Source: Balanoglossus misakiensis
Lineage: Eukaryota > Animalia > Hemichordata
DNA length: 64,000 bases
NCBI GenBank assembly: GCA_040954595.2
Contig: CM082580.2
Coordinates: 8,162,390 to 8,226,389 of the forward strand
Direction: 5' to 3'
Shown in pieces: positions 24,501-38,355 of the stretch. Both the position numbers and the translations under genes were made by a program. Within the stretch, counting starts at the first letter, position 1; every line of letters starts with the position of its first letter. The notes under the pieces were generated by a model, which saw only the letters and a list, made by a program, of their open reading frames with translations, was not told the DNA's origin and searched no databases.

Positions 24501-26350
24501 AATTGTCCTAATACTAACGGAGGCAACATCCAGAGCTGTCTCGTTGTCATAGTTACGTAGAGTAATGTCCGCACCGTATTTCAGCAGCAGCTGTACGATC
24601 TGAAATCAGAAAATGAAATTGTTGATTTAAGAATTCTTGTCATTTCTCTTTTTTATTCAGGTTGCTGCGATGTGGTGCAAGATATTTGTTTACCAAAATT
24701 GACATGCATAATTTGTTTCTATACTGATGGCAACCACTAAATTCCTTGAATATACCAACACTCTATATTTTTCATCTGAACAAAAATCTACATAGTACAT
24801 CAGATGTTTCTGAGAATCTCCACAGGGAGCCATGACCATCTGGGAGATCATCACTTTTGCAGGAAACTGTTAATAATGACTGGTCTGGGTCAAAACATGT
24901 CTCTTTATTTACGTTGGGCAAAATTTGGAAACTGTTTTACTGGTTTTTGCTGGGACATGTAGGGAAGACATATTGAGAATACTAATCAAATCTACCCCCT
25001 GGTTTGTTTATGCTTGAAGACCTATCACCTCTCATGTCATTCAAAACCATGACACCATTGAAATCAGAGTGGCTATATATGTTCAGTATAGCATGCCTGT
25101 CAATATTCGTGTCACTTTACTCTGAACTTTAAAGGATGGAAGGTTAACTCAAGGGCCCTATTTCAACTTCCCTACAAACAGTGTATCAGTCTGTTACCTC
25201 TCATAGCGGTATCATGGGATAGAGTGAACAACATGAGAATGGCATTTTACTACAATAATTTTTGGTCCAAGTGAAAATACATATCTTTACATTTGTAACT
25301 ATCATGTAAACAGCTGGGAAGAAAAAGAGAATAGTAACTGACCTTTGTATGACCTCGCTTAGTAGCCCATATTATAGGTGTATTACCCGTCCTTTGGTCT
25401 TTGCAGTCAACATTGATGTACTGCAAAGAAAACATTTAATAGTTATTGTAATTACCACGATCCTTGTCCCGTCAATAGTAGTTAGCTGCTTGAGGGTTAA
25501 ACAGAAAATAAACCAAAATCTATTTGGGATATGGTCTTGCAACAAATTTCATCCATTTGGTCACAAAATAAGCCTATAATATGTGTGCATTTGTCAAAAT
25601 ACTGATCCACTATTAAATCCTGTCACTGTGCAGAAGACACACTCAGAAAATTATCTGTACCTCCTGACTCATCCGCTGCAGAAATTCGGAAACCTTCTGA
25701 TAATTTCCATCTCTGGCTGCCGCAAGGAACTGCTGCTCCGTGTCCTGTGCTCTGCCGTCGTTGAAGATGTGAGCCGCCAGGTTGTGGTAGGATTTCAAGA
25801 GTTCCTTGTTTCTATGGGAACTGGTCGAGCTGGCACTGGACGCGTTGCTCCTGTCAGAACCTGGTCTGAGATGATCATCTGTGACAAGATAAAGTTAATT
25901 AAGTTCATTTGGTTGGAAAGATGTCTATATCACTTGTATCTCAAGTTCTGGCAAAAAAATCATATTTTCCTGCATAATAATAGTTAAGTGCTAACACCAT
26001 TTAGAAAAAGGGAAAGCACCATGCTGGCCCAGTGTTGGCACTGTGATAACAAACTGTATACAGAATGCCAGCACAAGCCCTGCCTACAGATGATGCCACT
26101 ATGCTAGCTCAGGTTACTGAAGTGCTAGCACAAGGCTACCCTAGTGTTAGCACCCTGCTGACACAGTAGGATGAGGAGTTGGCACTGAGCTAGCCTGTGG
26201 TAAATAAAGCAGGCTAGTCTGGTTACCTCAGTTCCAACTCAGAAAGGAATTTGAGAGTTGCGGTTACCCTTGCCAGGTGCAAAAATTTACTCATTCACTT
26301 GAAGATGGTGTGAACATACCTTTGTTTACTTGCAGAAGATCTTCAGACAT
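12510..26350 (-). CDS. MAP3K19: MAP3K19/YSK4-type STE11-family kinase with N-terminal ankyrin repeats, ~2540 aa, 23 coding exons
   Basis: Exons (minus): 26350-26320, 25878-25661, 25420-25343, 24599-24408, 24103-24010, 23517-23454, 23204-23089, 22643-22504, 22078-21949, 21486-21317, 21202-21154, 20972-20876, 20661-20357, 20128-20035, 19861-19686, 19484-19326, 19182-14660, 14458-14315, 14156-14005, 13755-13576, 13439-13245, 13065-12898, 12657-12510; total 7623 nt, frame-consistent. Kinase motifs WKKGQVLGRGAYGTVYCGLTNTGQLIAVKQV, HRDIKGGNVMLMPNGVIKLIDFGCAKRL and LKSMRGTPYWMAPEV match the MAP3K19 subfamily; ankyrin motifs GNTPIIWA, GYTPLL, GVTPLH, GNTAVEVA. Confidence 0.88.
14288..14310. repeat. 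(CA)n microsatellite
   Basis: Pure CA run next to the minus-strand splice donor at 14314. Confidence 0.9.
17612..17851 (-). repeat. Coding tandem duplication, 2 x 120 bp (40 aa), inside the large MAP3K19 exon
   Basis: HEPHKQTS.G...TPSPRKD.SSGNHNKTPVSATSKSAGA occurs twice. Confidence 0.92.
21698..21764. repeat. Imperfect (CA)n microsatellite
   Basis: Interrupted CA/TA dinucleotide run in a MAP3K19 intron. Confidence 0.85.
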
Positions 26351-29300
26351 GGTTCTCATCTTTTAGTGTTTTTCACCTTGTTTGTACATAAATTAGTAAA
26401 CTCTCGTCTGTTGTGTAACTACAGCCTATTGCCATCTTTTAAACCATTCTATCAGTCGACAAGAGCTTGATCTGTCATCATTCTAAAAGAAAGAAAATGC
26501 TGTCTTTAGATGCATATAGGGTGTGTTTATGTATGTGGAGCAATTGAAAAACAACAATGACAAACAAGAACAAACAAGAGTTCAAACGGAGGGGATCTGT
26601 TTACCAACAACAACAAAAAAGTTTACCTGGCAGCGGAGAAAGTATAGCACTGCTATTTGCGTTCTAGAACAGTGATCTAATTGTCTTGTTGACCACAAAG
26701 GGATCTATCGGTAGCTCTTTATAACTGGGGCCCCATCTCATTCATTGTTCAACCCCAAATTACCATTCATGTCTGCACTGCTATATTATGACGCTTTCCT
26801 TTGTCGCCATGCAAATCGCACCAGCAGTGCACACACACATAGCATGCTTATTGTATTCGTTTGTCTTTTTAATGTGCAGGCTAATGCCTTGCGAATGTTG
26901 CTACTTATTTCGGAATGGCTGTTAATGATGAGGGCACCAAAGATACAGTTAGGATGTACCGGTAGTCAACAACACAGTCTAAGATTCTGGGATTTAAATA
27001 CACCCAGTATTATATAACACACGATTTATTCACCAGAAAAGATGGGGTACCGGTACTCAGTATAAAGATAACATACTTTCATTCAGACTTTGCATAACAA
27101 TGAATGATACAAATCAATTAATATAATTTTATGAATGAAAAGAAGTCAGTGTACATAACTGACATTGAATATAAAAATTTCTTGAAAGTGTCATTTTGAT
27201 AAAAAATGTGTATATTTTCAGCCACATTTTATAATTCAAAATTCAAATTGGTTCATAGCATATACAGGGGAAAAAGGCCATGATTGACTGCATGTACTAC
27301 CCTACACATTACTCACAGATCAATCCACCACTGTATGGCTACGATTGGCTTCTAGTAGATTAACCCTTTTTAAATATGCAAATTATGTGAACATAACTCT
27401 GTAAGTAGTTGAACCACTAACACAAATTAAATACAAAAGCTTGGAAGGACAAAAGAATTAAATCCACTTTGCTTCCATAACTACTCCATTGTAAATTCTC
27501 TTTCACTGAAATATGAAATATCCAATTACACAAAGAAAATCAAATTATAGAGAGTGGAAGCTGATTGCTTTATTGCCATATTTATATGAAATAGTACACA
27601 AGCTAAGGTATCAATTTTGTTAACCTATGAAATAAATTCAGAATCTGGTCGTGGCAGTAAATTTGCCATCCACGATTTGTTATTCTTGCGCATGAAAATA
27701 TGTAGTCATAATTCTCTAGGTCCTAGCTCACCTCTGATTTCAAAAGCAGAGGATTGCAGTGACTGGGAAAAATGCATCACAGTGACCTTAAGTATATTAC
27801 ATGCAGTCACATGCCAAACTACCCAAAACTTTAATTCCCCCGTTATAAAAAAGCTAAATTTGCGAATGGGTTTTTTACTGCATTCCTTATGTCAGAAAAG
27901 TACGGTGATTCCCCCCAACATTACAGAAACCAGGAAATAGTCTTCAGAGATTGAGCTACCAGTTTTCAAAAGCTCTAACCTCAGTGATGACGAGACCAGG
28001 AAAGGAAACCCCGTCCAGAAATAAAAATGTCACCACCAGCGAAAGGAGGAAATTGGAAAGATGGGTGCAAAACAATCACCACCTGAAATTTACTAGGTTG
28101 TAAATTTGTACATTTCCGATAGATACTAGTCACTTGGTGTATGTTTTATGGTTTTGTGTGTGTATTTTATGTCACAATATGAAAATATTCCCACCAGAAA
28201 GTCTATTCATAACCTGTAACAAAACTAATAAACTCCAGATATTGCGATTAATACTGCCACACAAAATGAATGGAAGCAAGTTGTGTGATCACATTCATCT
28301 TCTAATCCATTCCATGTTATTGTGTCTGCTTATTTCTTTGTATTTCCATAGACCCTATTGCAATTACGCATTCAGAATTAAGGTGCAATGTCTGTGACCT
28401 TGACTTTGGTAATTCCCGCAGACGGATTAGGCTGAGGTTGTTGAACCTGAATTCTCAATTTAATACCAATATTAACAACAATTTTACAATGCTCATGATC
28501 GACACTATTCTAGTTTTTATATAGTTTTAATATAACATGATTACAATCTGAATTTGAAATATCAATCATTTTAATGAGTTATATCATATATAGTATATTA
28601 AATATGCATATGTCCTTTTTATACAACTTCATTTCCTTGTTTGGTCTCTCTGTACACCCAGTTTTTCGACCAAAATTCAGGAGTGATCGTGAAAATTGTC
28701 ACGTACTAAATGAACCACTCAGCTACCTTGATGGAGCTATCATTTCTGCGTGGACAATGAGAACAAAACTGCTGCATGCCTGGATTGGGAAGTTAATCTT
28801 TAATTATTCAAAACGTAGCTGCACTCAACATGAGCAGAATTAATGTAAAAATTGGCAAAACCCCGGACCAGCTGCTCTACTTTCTGCTGTGACATTTAAT
28901 ATTTGCATAAAATCATATTTGCATAACGTTTATTATTCATGTTTGTATGTCTCGGATATTCCATTTTCCCGCAAGGGGGGTGGAATCTTGCATGCTTCAC
29001 ATATTTTACCGAAGCAGATCAAACATTTCTGACATGATAGAAATTTACATCTAGTGATAAGAGCTAAACTTTAGTAATATTTAATTAATTTATATTATTT
29101 TAAAAATTGTGCTGACATTAAAGAGACACATACACGCATACAATTTTACAAAACTACCCCTGTGACCAAATGGTACATTTCTGATTGAAAGCATTTCAAA
29201 ACAGTACCACGTGGTGACCCGGAAGTTGCATTATGTACCATACAATGTTGATGGACAGCCACGTGGTTTTTTACTACAAAATTTAAATACTGGGTTAATT

Positions 29301-32300
29301 GCAAGGGGACAAAAGGAGCCCCATTATGGAGGGAGGTGCGGCACCAAAAATTGAGTGTGCATTAATTCACCGACTATTTCGTGTACTCGTTATATTGATG
29401 GTTGAATATTGAAACAAGAAATAACAGAAATATCTCAATAAATGTAGTCATTAAAAAATACAAAGAAATGAATGTTTGTTATTATTAAAGAAACTGCAAT
29501 TTCAACGAATGGGTCGAAAAATTTTCAGAGCAAGTTCTGATGCATTTTAATTTTAAAGAAATATAATGTGCACATGATCATTTCCGCTTTCCGTTTTTTT
29601 CCTTTTTTGCCTCAAAAATTGGATTCTTGTCGCAAAAAAGAAGCAATGTCAAACAGAAAAGGGGAAGAGCAGATAAGTAGGATATAACCGTAGGTTGTAC
29701 AAGCCATAAATTTAAAAGAAAATTTCAATTAGATCTTTATCAAAGGCAAGTGATCACGAATGGAATCATCTACTCTAAAGAAATTTCTGCAACATTCGAC
29801 TGCAAACTGAAATAAAGACACTTTAAGCGTAATTGTTTTTGGAAAAAAGTGTGTGATTTGCTTGCAATAGAAATATATTTAAAATACAAAAAGAAAATGT
29901 TACGAAAACCCAACTTTAGTAGAGCGTCCCGGAGCATTGTATAAAGTACATGATTATGATCTTTGATGCCAAGTTGCAAAATTATATGAATACTCATGAT
30001 TTAGATGTAGATTAGATTAAGAAAAATAAAAACTTACCAAGATAATTGTACAAAAACTAGTAATTTTACGTTTCATCCAATACTGAGCGCAAGAAGCCTG
30101 CACGGCTGGCAAACAGCAGATGTTCATATGGCCACAACCAGCAGATATTTGGGAACCCGTCTGTGCATAGTCGTGTGTGCTGCGTTATGTGCATAGAGTG
30201 CGTTCCTATTGTAGTAGTAGCATTACAGACAACAGTGACCCCTAACTCCGAAGCCTTTGTTTCTGACGACCTTGATGACATCCCTAGGCGAGTGATTTTT
30301 CTATCATTAATCAAATATTTATGACTTGTACCGATAATCCATTTTTTCAACTAGGTTATTTTTTTACACATTTGTTTATTATGCTTTATTGAGTCACAAC
30401 ATGTCACAAAATTTTAAATCCTGCCATGTAGGCAACACTCTGACAAAATCTTGTGTGTGAGTTAATTAATCAATTTTTGTCACATACAGTGTACAGCCCA
30501 TCTCCAACCCATGATCCACTGGTACCGTGATAGTGACATGGAGTACAAAAGAGTAACGATATGGGACTTCTCGTACCTGAAACACCCCTACCATGAAATG
30601 GTCTGCTCCAGAACAAGGTACTGAAACAATCTCATTTGTCATGGCTGTCCACGATTACGAACAATAGAAAACTGGAAGAAGACAGAAGCTACTCGGGACC
30701 TTGAGTTGAATATTTCACCTTGCCAGGATCTCATCACAGATAGAGTGACATCATCCTCAATAATAGACACGTATCGCCCAATCAAAAATGTTTCAAAGCA
30801 TCGGCTAGCATCAAAGTAATTATAGCGATCTCAAAAATCAAGCAAGATACATATATTTTAATTTTCATAAATGCTGGTATAGTTACATGACTGTCAAAGG
30901 GGTAGTACTCATTTTGAAGATATGGAACCATTCCAGTTAATGTACATAATGTCCACTTTGAATACATGTACAGTAAAAAGCACAATACCGCAATATGTAC
31001 CAGAGGAGCGTATTCATAACAAAGGTATTTGCATACATTTGAATAAGAATAAACAGCAACACAGGCTGTTCTCTATTCTCTTTGACTTGAGAAGACTGTT
31101 GAATAACTTGATGTTTTGGCCTTTTTTTAAACTGCTCACTTTATCGGAATATTTGTGCATATCCCACTTTTGTAGCAGAGTTGATTGCGTTTGAGTAACT
31201 TCACCCAAATGGAAATTATGGTCAAAATTCAGTAGTTTCTCAGATAGTACCGAAGTAGGCGGTGATATACGAACCATGTATTACCTGCAGTATTGGTATA
31301 CATAAGTCCTTTATGTGATACCTATATTGCTTTTAAAAATAGCTATAACATATAACCCTAGACTGGCCTTTCCTTGAACATTATACCTACAGGCTGCAAT
31401 GTGCATTTCTAAACAGGGGGTGCAATCTAACAAGATTCGTGATGGGATTTCCACCATTGTCTAATTATTTAATTGTTCTTGTTGTTGTTTTCACACACTG
31501 GCCCAGAGCCAAAAGTTACATGCCATCCATTATATCAAGATTACGAAAAAGGTTAAGAAGTGCCATGGACACCTGTTGTAAAGCAAAGGCCTAACAATAA
31601 TCATCAGGAACCTTTCTGAAAACAATGAGATTATTTCACTATAAGTATAAACTGTTAATAAATTTCATCAGAGAACAGATTAGCGTGGAAGATTTCTGAC
31701 AGTTATAACGGTGTATGGACCATTTCTATTCTAATCGCTTTCACTGGCATCAGACCCTTAAACAATGTCACTACTATATCTGAACTTGAATTCAGGACGT
31801 CTTTTGTCGTGGTCAACAATAACTTTCAGGGTCAGTCTGAGTTTGGCCGTCACGACTGAGGTCAAGGGCAGCTGCTATTGCCCCACTGATTTTTTTTTCA
31901 GGACAATTGAACTTGATTTACAGATTTGGTAGCAACCATGATATCCACATATCATTGTTATGAAACACATACTGAGAAACAACACTGTTTCTGGTATTCA
32001 TTCAGTCATCCAAGTAATCGTCTCAAAGCAAACTTTAAATATTTTTTTGAGATCATCAAGAATCCAGGTCACATGTTGACCATCACCTTTGTACAACTAC
32101 AATTGAAGGTGAACTGAAATCTGAAGAATGCACCTTAGGAGAGTTCTGGAAACTTGAGAGTGGCTTTCTTTTCATACGCATGCTTGCCAAAAGTGTAAGT
32201 GGATCGTCCTGGCCTCAATTCGTGCACCGTCATACTTACAGCCAACCTGACCCTAGTTCGATTCTGCCACACTGCATCACACCTTTCAATTTCAAATAAA

Positions 32301-34473
32301 TCTTAGAGTTTCACACCCGGGGCACTTAATCCAATAAAAAAGTTTGCTCCTGATTCATTGTTTTCAATGGGATGGACTGACCCATATGTATGCGGACAAA
32401 CTCACCAAGATGAAATTCTAGTAAATATTTATCAAGCAGATTTTTTGATACCAGGTAAGTCACATGCTATTTACTGGTATGAAAGTTCACATGGGGTCAG
32501 GGTAAATAACCATAGAAACAGGATTTTGACAGTTTCTCTTCTCTTTTCTCTATAGTACTTAACACCATTTCTGAAATATTAGTTCCCTTTGTACATCAGA
32601 CAGACTGTCACCATATCAGTGCTGGGACTCATGGCAGGATTTGATTGGACTGACCTCTGACCCAATCCCAGCATTCCAGTGGACTGCAGTGATGATTTGT
32701 GTTCCTTAAAATCACCTTAAACCAGCATGTGCACTTTGTGGTGTGTGTGCAGGCTCTGTTCAGAAAAATGTTCTCAACATTTACACAAAACCAGCATCTA
32801 CATGCTACCTTATTAGTTTTCAGAAGAAAACTTAATGTCAAACTCTACTGCAAAACATGACATGTCCCAAGCAAATAGCTGGTTCTGATCCATATGTCCT
32901 TACATCACCTGAATCTTGTTGAGGAAAATCCTACTGCAGGGCCAACAAGATGTTCAGAAGTTTATTTACCGGAAAGTGTCATGTTTTGATAAACCCTTTT
33001 GACCTTGTTTATAAACATTACATCCACTGGGAGCAAAGCCAACAACAGTCATAACACCAACCATTTCCTTACTTTTTCTTTATTTGTTATAAAGTCACCA
33101 GGTGTTTTGATGAGATTCTAAAAAACACAATAAACAGCCAATGGCCACAACAACACAACTATTTTCACTGCATAATAATATACGGTGTTATTAAGTTCTG
33201 CCAGGATGGAGAAAGTTTTTGACCTCAGAGAGGACAATAGAAGCAGTCGCTTGAAGACACAAATCTTAAATCTGCCGGTGATTTACAGCATTGAAACAGT
33301 ATGCAGTTACGGAGAATAAATACTTGTTTATCTCTTTTTGATAAAAGCGCCAATGACAGGATATTGACAAATGTGGAAGTGACGACGGCACGTAATATAA
33401 TTCTGAAAATTCCAATGCACTGGCAAGAACCCCTGAAAAGACCACGTACGACAAACCAGTGCTATTGTTTGCCCTGCTCTGAATTGCTGCCATGGCTATA
33501 CCTTTCTTGTGTTCGGTTTCTTTTGTCCATTATCCCCGGTAACACTGAGGGTGCAGACAATGGCTGTAAAGTAGGAGCTATAAGGTCACAGACTTGCGCA
33601 TTCACACGGCTGTACCTTGCCGATTTTCTGTGAAGCAGTATGAACACTTTGTCAGAAGGTGCAGAGACAGAAGTGATTTTTTTTAAAATTTGAACACTCG
33701 GCTTTTGTTGGGTTTAGAGCGTTCTTAAAGGAGTAATTATTTAGTAATAACCAGTAGGTATGTAAGCTATAATGGTTTAGTTGGTATATGTATTTCAACA
33801 GCAATAGGTATGTTAAGTACTGGGTGCATCATTGTCTACCAGAATAAACAATATGGCACTGCAGAGTCTAGATGATACAAATAAAATATCTTGTGGTGTT
33901 CATCACTCAAAATACTGTCAAGACCTGCGACAACCTGTGGCTTGCATTTTTATGGAGTCCTGTCCCTAACTTGAGACAAAGAATGTTGGCATGTACGTGA
34001 TACACTTAAACTAGTTTATGGCCATCTTGGAGGACCACTGGTAAACCCAGGTATTTGGGTTTAATGTGACCGTAATCAAAGTTAATAGGAGGCTTCTGAT
34101 CCAGGCAGTTGGTACGGTTGCCAGGTTCGGATCTCTTTAGCATTTCAAATGAAAACATTGCGTCGGCACTGTGAAAAGGTCCTTGTGCTGTGATGTCCCT
34201 GTGGCCGGACAACAGCCAGTTGGCGAGAAAATGTCGTTTTAGGACTCTACCAATGATTTCTACGCTCTACACCAGAACATATCCGTTTCAGATCAACTAC
34301 ACACATTACAGTACTGATGAATTCTTTGATATAAGTATATTACAAACCTTTAAATACTAACACTAGAAATTCACAAATGAATGGATTTCTTTGTCCGTAT
34401 CACAAGCTGAAGCTTACCAGACAGGCATATGCTCAAAACACACCTTGTTTCCTTTCCTCCCCTGAGAGTCTTT

Positions 34474-34508
34474 GTTACCGGGTAACCAGATGCTGTTGCC
34501 ATGGCAGC
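34474..34508. promoter_or_regulatory. Tandem RFX X-box motifs; likely MAP3K19 promoter
   Basis: GTTACCGGGTAAC (34474-34486) and GTTGCCATGGCAGC (34495-34508), about 60-90 nt upstream of a minus-strand donor CTG|GTAAGC at 34418/34417. Confidence 0.6.
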
Positions 34509-37500
34509 CACTTCATGACCGTGGCATCCACGCAACTGATAAGTTTAAGAGTTGTGGACATTCAATTTAGCCGTAATTGATTATATTAGGAGAAATTGGC
34601 TGAATAGTCGACTAGAATAACATTTTCACTGCACCCGTCTCAGGGTTCATCAAAATCGAACGAACAACTGTCACGTACAGTTACAAGCTCTGTCACACAT
34701 ATTAGAACGTATCTAGCTTACCAAATGTATAAATTGTACACTAATGAAACCTCAAATTCGATAAATCTCATTTTTAACCTCAAGATAATTATATCTTATT
34801 CAGATCATGTACATGTGAACATGAGAGTGTAGCATTTAAAGATACACGTACTTCATAATCAATAGTTACACAGTATAAAGTGCCATTGTGTTGATGTATT
34901 GATCACATGAAAAGTGAAGCACATTCACGCCTGTCTGTGCCATTTCTTTTTAATTTACGTCATGAGTCAGCCAGTCATGTGGTTGCGTCAAGTGATGAAT
35001 GGTGTCTGCCTGCCATTGGCTTGGTAACGATAGACTAATTTGTCAAAATTGCCTCCATGGAATGTTTCACTCCACAGAAAGGCAGTTCTTGGAATTTGGA
35101 CTGAATTAACGCTATACTTCCATAGTTGCTAATAATAAATTCATTTTTTGTTTCTCATTGATTATAATTATTTTCCATGCGTAAACTTAGCCATAAATTG
35201 AATAAAAAAATATTTGCTTGTACAACAACGCGAACAACACTGCTTGGAATATATTTGAAATCAACACAAGTGACGTTATATTTATTAGACTGGATTCTGA
35301 TTTTTAAAGAGAGTTCTAGATTGGACATGTCGACTGCCCTGGCTTATAGTCACCCTACTTGTTTTTGAAAAGCAAACACACCAGTTACTGAGTGTCTGTC
35401 TGAAGTGTCGATCTGGAAGTCTATAAACAATAGATCTCGTATCCTGGAAATGGCTGCAGTTTATGAATGTTGATTGTGAATGGTTTGAAACTTAAAGACT
35501 TGGTGCTTGAAAACTGTATACTAATGGTGTTAAAGACATTGTGCAGAGGTTTCCATGGAAACATGTCATTAATGCAAAAATTGGCAATTTCATGACCATG
35601 TTACTCAGACAATAAGCAACGACAGAGCAGGACCAGACCAATTTAATATTTTTAGATTCTGTCCAGATATACATACAACAACGAGTTCCAAAAGTCCACA
35701 TTTCTATATCCAGACTATTGATTTTTGTCTTCTTATCAGATTATCACAAAGTATGAAACAGTTGATAACAATTTTCTTTGGCAGTTTTCACAGCTGATCT
35801 TGCTGTCTGAAACATACTGAATGTGGATGTCAGAAGTAAAGATACTATAGCTCTCACCTCGATCACTTGCAGAGGGAACACATATATTTTCATTATGATT
35901 TTCAGTTTATAAAACCATGAATAATGTCACAGTAGATAACTTGTATATGTCTCCATGAAGGATATACGAGTATCATTCAAAGAATTTCAGTATGTTATCA
36001 GCACATCAACATACCACATGTAGAACACTTAAAATATTTCTGTTCATTTTCGTTCCAAGTTTATAACACTTTTATCTATTGCGATGTCATAGGTTATCAG
36101 GGGGTCAGGGTTCAAATTAAAAAGCCAAAGTTCCACCATGGCTGTAGCATATTATACAAAGTGTATCCTGTTTCTATTTCATGTGTACGACTGGTTGGCA
36201 TTAGAAACACTGCTATTTGTCAAATGCATGTTCTAACAAACGACCAGCAGAAATGTAAACTAAAAACTGCCAGTCTCATCATGTTTACATTTCTCTGTCT
36301 CTGTCCTGCCTGTACTTTTTTTTCTAGAAAAATTCACGTTGGATAATGCACAGGTATTAAATGGGATAGTAGAGCAGTGTAGGGAATACCAACCTTTCAA
36401 CAGAAGTATAATCTCAGCTACGTGACTTGTGGACACTACTTCACTTCGACTTAACAAAATCAACAGGTGTGTTCAGTTTCATAGAAATGGATCTCGGGCT
36501 TTCGAATTTTAGTTTCAAACTAAATCTCTCATTCAAATCAAAATTATCATTCAAACATAAGTTGGCTGAGTTTGCAAACTACGGATTCACATGTATCGTA
36601 TCGTTCACTTTCAGGTATGGGGAAACAAGTTTATAAAAATAAATAGTTAATATTAAAGTCTATTGAAATGAATAAACAAAACAAGGAGTCGTACCACACT
36701 TCTTAACAGTTCCATACAGTGGCAGATTCTTCTTACTTGACACCCTATAGGCCAAGTTCTGTTACCAAAACTTTTGTCAAACTCCAAGGATAGAACACAG
36801 GAAGTCCTGTTTATAACTATTTGTATACTGTTCAGTTTAGTTTGAGAAGTAGAACAATTAATCTTAAATTGAGGCCAAACCGAGATACATGTACCAGAAT
36901 ATTCTGGCTACATTGTGGCCGCACTTTAAGATGGACTATAATAATGACTATTATTATACAAGAAACAACAATTCATTTTTACCTGAGTATTCTGTGACGA
37001 ATTCCATGCTGATGATTTGTGATTGCGAAGGGACTTGTGCCAATTGTGTCTGTGTAGTAGATGCGGACAATGCAATTGTAACTTAAACATGTGTACAGAC
37101 TTGATCAGGGACCGCGTCTTGGCAAAATGCCAAACCCACCTGGCAAATAGCGTGCTTCAGACGTGATTGAATGACCAATCAAAATTTACGCTTTATATCA
37201 GAAGTTTCATATTCAATTGTTTTAAATGAATCATTTTTTTAACGTGGGTGAAATCTTCACAGATTTAATACTGAAACAAACACAACCCCTGATGTAAATT
37301 GCCGCAACAATACGACAAGGTTGCCTCGTACAACCCTGACTGAATACTCTGAAACCTTGTCTGGGGGGAGACCTTATGCAAGTCTGTTTAAAACGCCCAA
37401 ACAATCAGTTGCATGAGAGGATGTGTGTTTCTCTTGCCTCAAGGTCACTTTTTTCTTCTTCTGATGGGGAAAGAACAACAGCTTGGGGGACAAAATGTTT

Positions 37501-38293
37501 TTGATCACATGTCCGAACACATGCCCAGACTGGGAGCTCTATTAAAAGTTCACTGCTGGCTCGATCAGGCTTTTTGTATACACACACCTTAACTTGTGAG
37601 TGAATAAAAAGTTGCGCCACTTTCAAGGGTGCTAATGTCATTAAAATTTAAACAACATGTGAATTCAAGCACATATGTGTTTATACACTATGTGCTACAG
37701 CCCGCATACTTTGATCAGATACAGGACCATTCGGGCGTTCAACAATGTCACTGGAATAAGTAGAAATACCAGACTTGATCATAGCTTGTTTTAAAGGCAT
37801 TGTAGAACCTAAAACTTAGCCCCACCGACTCAAACCACTCCTGAGAATCATCATGACCATAAGAGCTATACATTTATCTTTCAATATTTGTCCTGCAATC
37901 AACAAAGACCCAGCTATCATGTGAAATCGCCCCCTGCAGACTCTGCAAATGCTATGATCCACTTCAATCACAGATTAATGTTTACAAGAACTAGATAGCG
38001 TCACTGGCTCACATGTAGGCTGCCGCGTGTACATGTGAGAATGTCAATGTGCAGACCATTGTTTGGTTTTAAAATGTGTACAGAGGAACAAAAAGCTTCT
38101 TGACCGCAGTACAAAGTGCAGCAATCAATCTGACTACCAACTTCCAAAAACCACCAATGAAATGCTGCATCAGCTAAGCAACAAGTCATTTAATAAATAC
38201 TTTTCTAATGAAAAAGTTTGTCACTGCCAAAGAGAATACTAGTATATGGTACTATAAACTTCTTTTGTGGTGTTTCAACTTCTTTATTGATGT

Positions 38294-38355
38294 TATACCG
38301 TAGACAGTAGAGGGAAGATGTTCATCTTCCCTTTACTGAGTCTGTCTATGGTATA
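38294..38355. repeat. Short foldback (mini-MITE-like) inverted repeat
   Basis: TATACCGTAGACAG...CTGTCTATGGTATA ends plus an internal AGGGAAGATG/CATCTTCCCT stem. Confidence 0.6.

Noticed and set aside
26020-26220. Degenerate short repeats (GTGTTGGCAC/GTGCTAGCAC-like) in a MAP3K19 intron
   Set aside because: Irregular period with no constant repeat and unique spacers; not CRISPR-like, probably a decayed transposon-internal repeat.
26950-27017. WD40-like phrase CTGSQQHSLRFWDL
   Set aside because: A single short match lacking the conserved Asp, followed by a stop, with no other WD repeats nearby.
28660-29950. Paired octamer motifs and repeat-like sequence (possible snRNA gene or transposon)
   Set aside because: No snRNA body, transposase ORF or terminal repeats could be identified by eye.
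30490-30819. 110-codon frame with one in-frame TGA (possible selenoprotein or readthrough)
   Set aside because: No selenoprotein-like context around the TGA, no SECIS recognised, and no family similarity.
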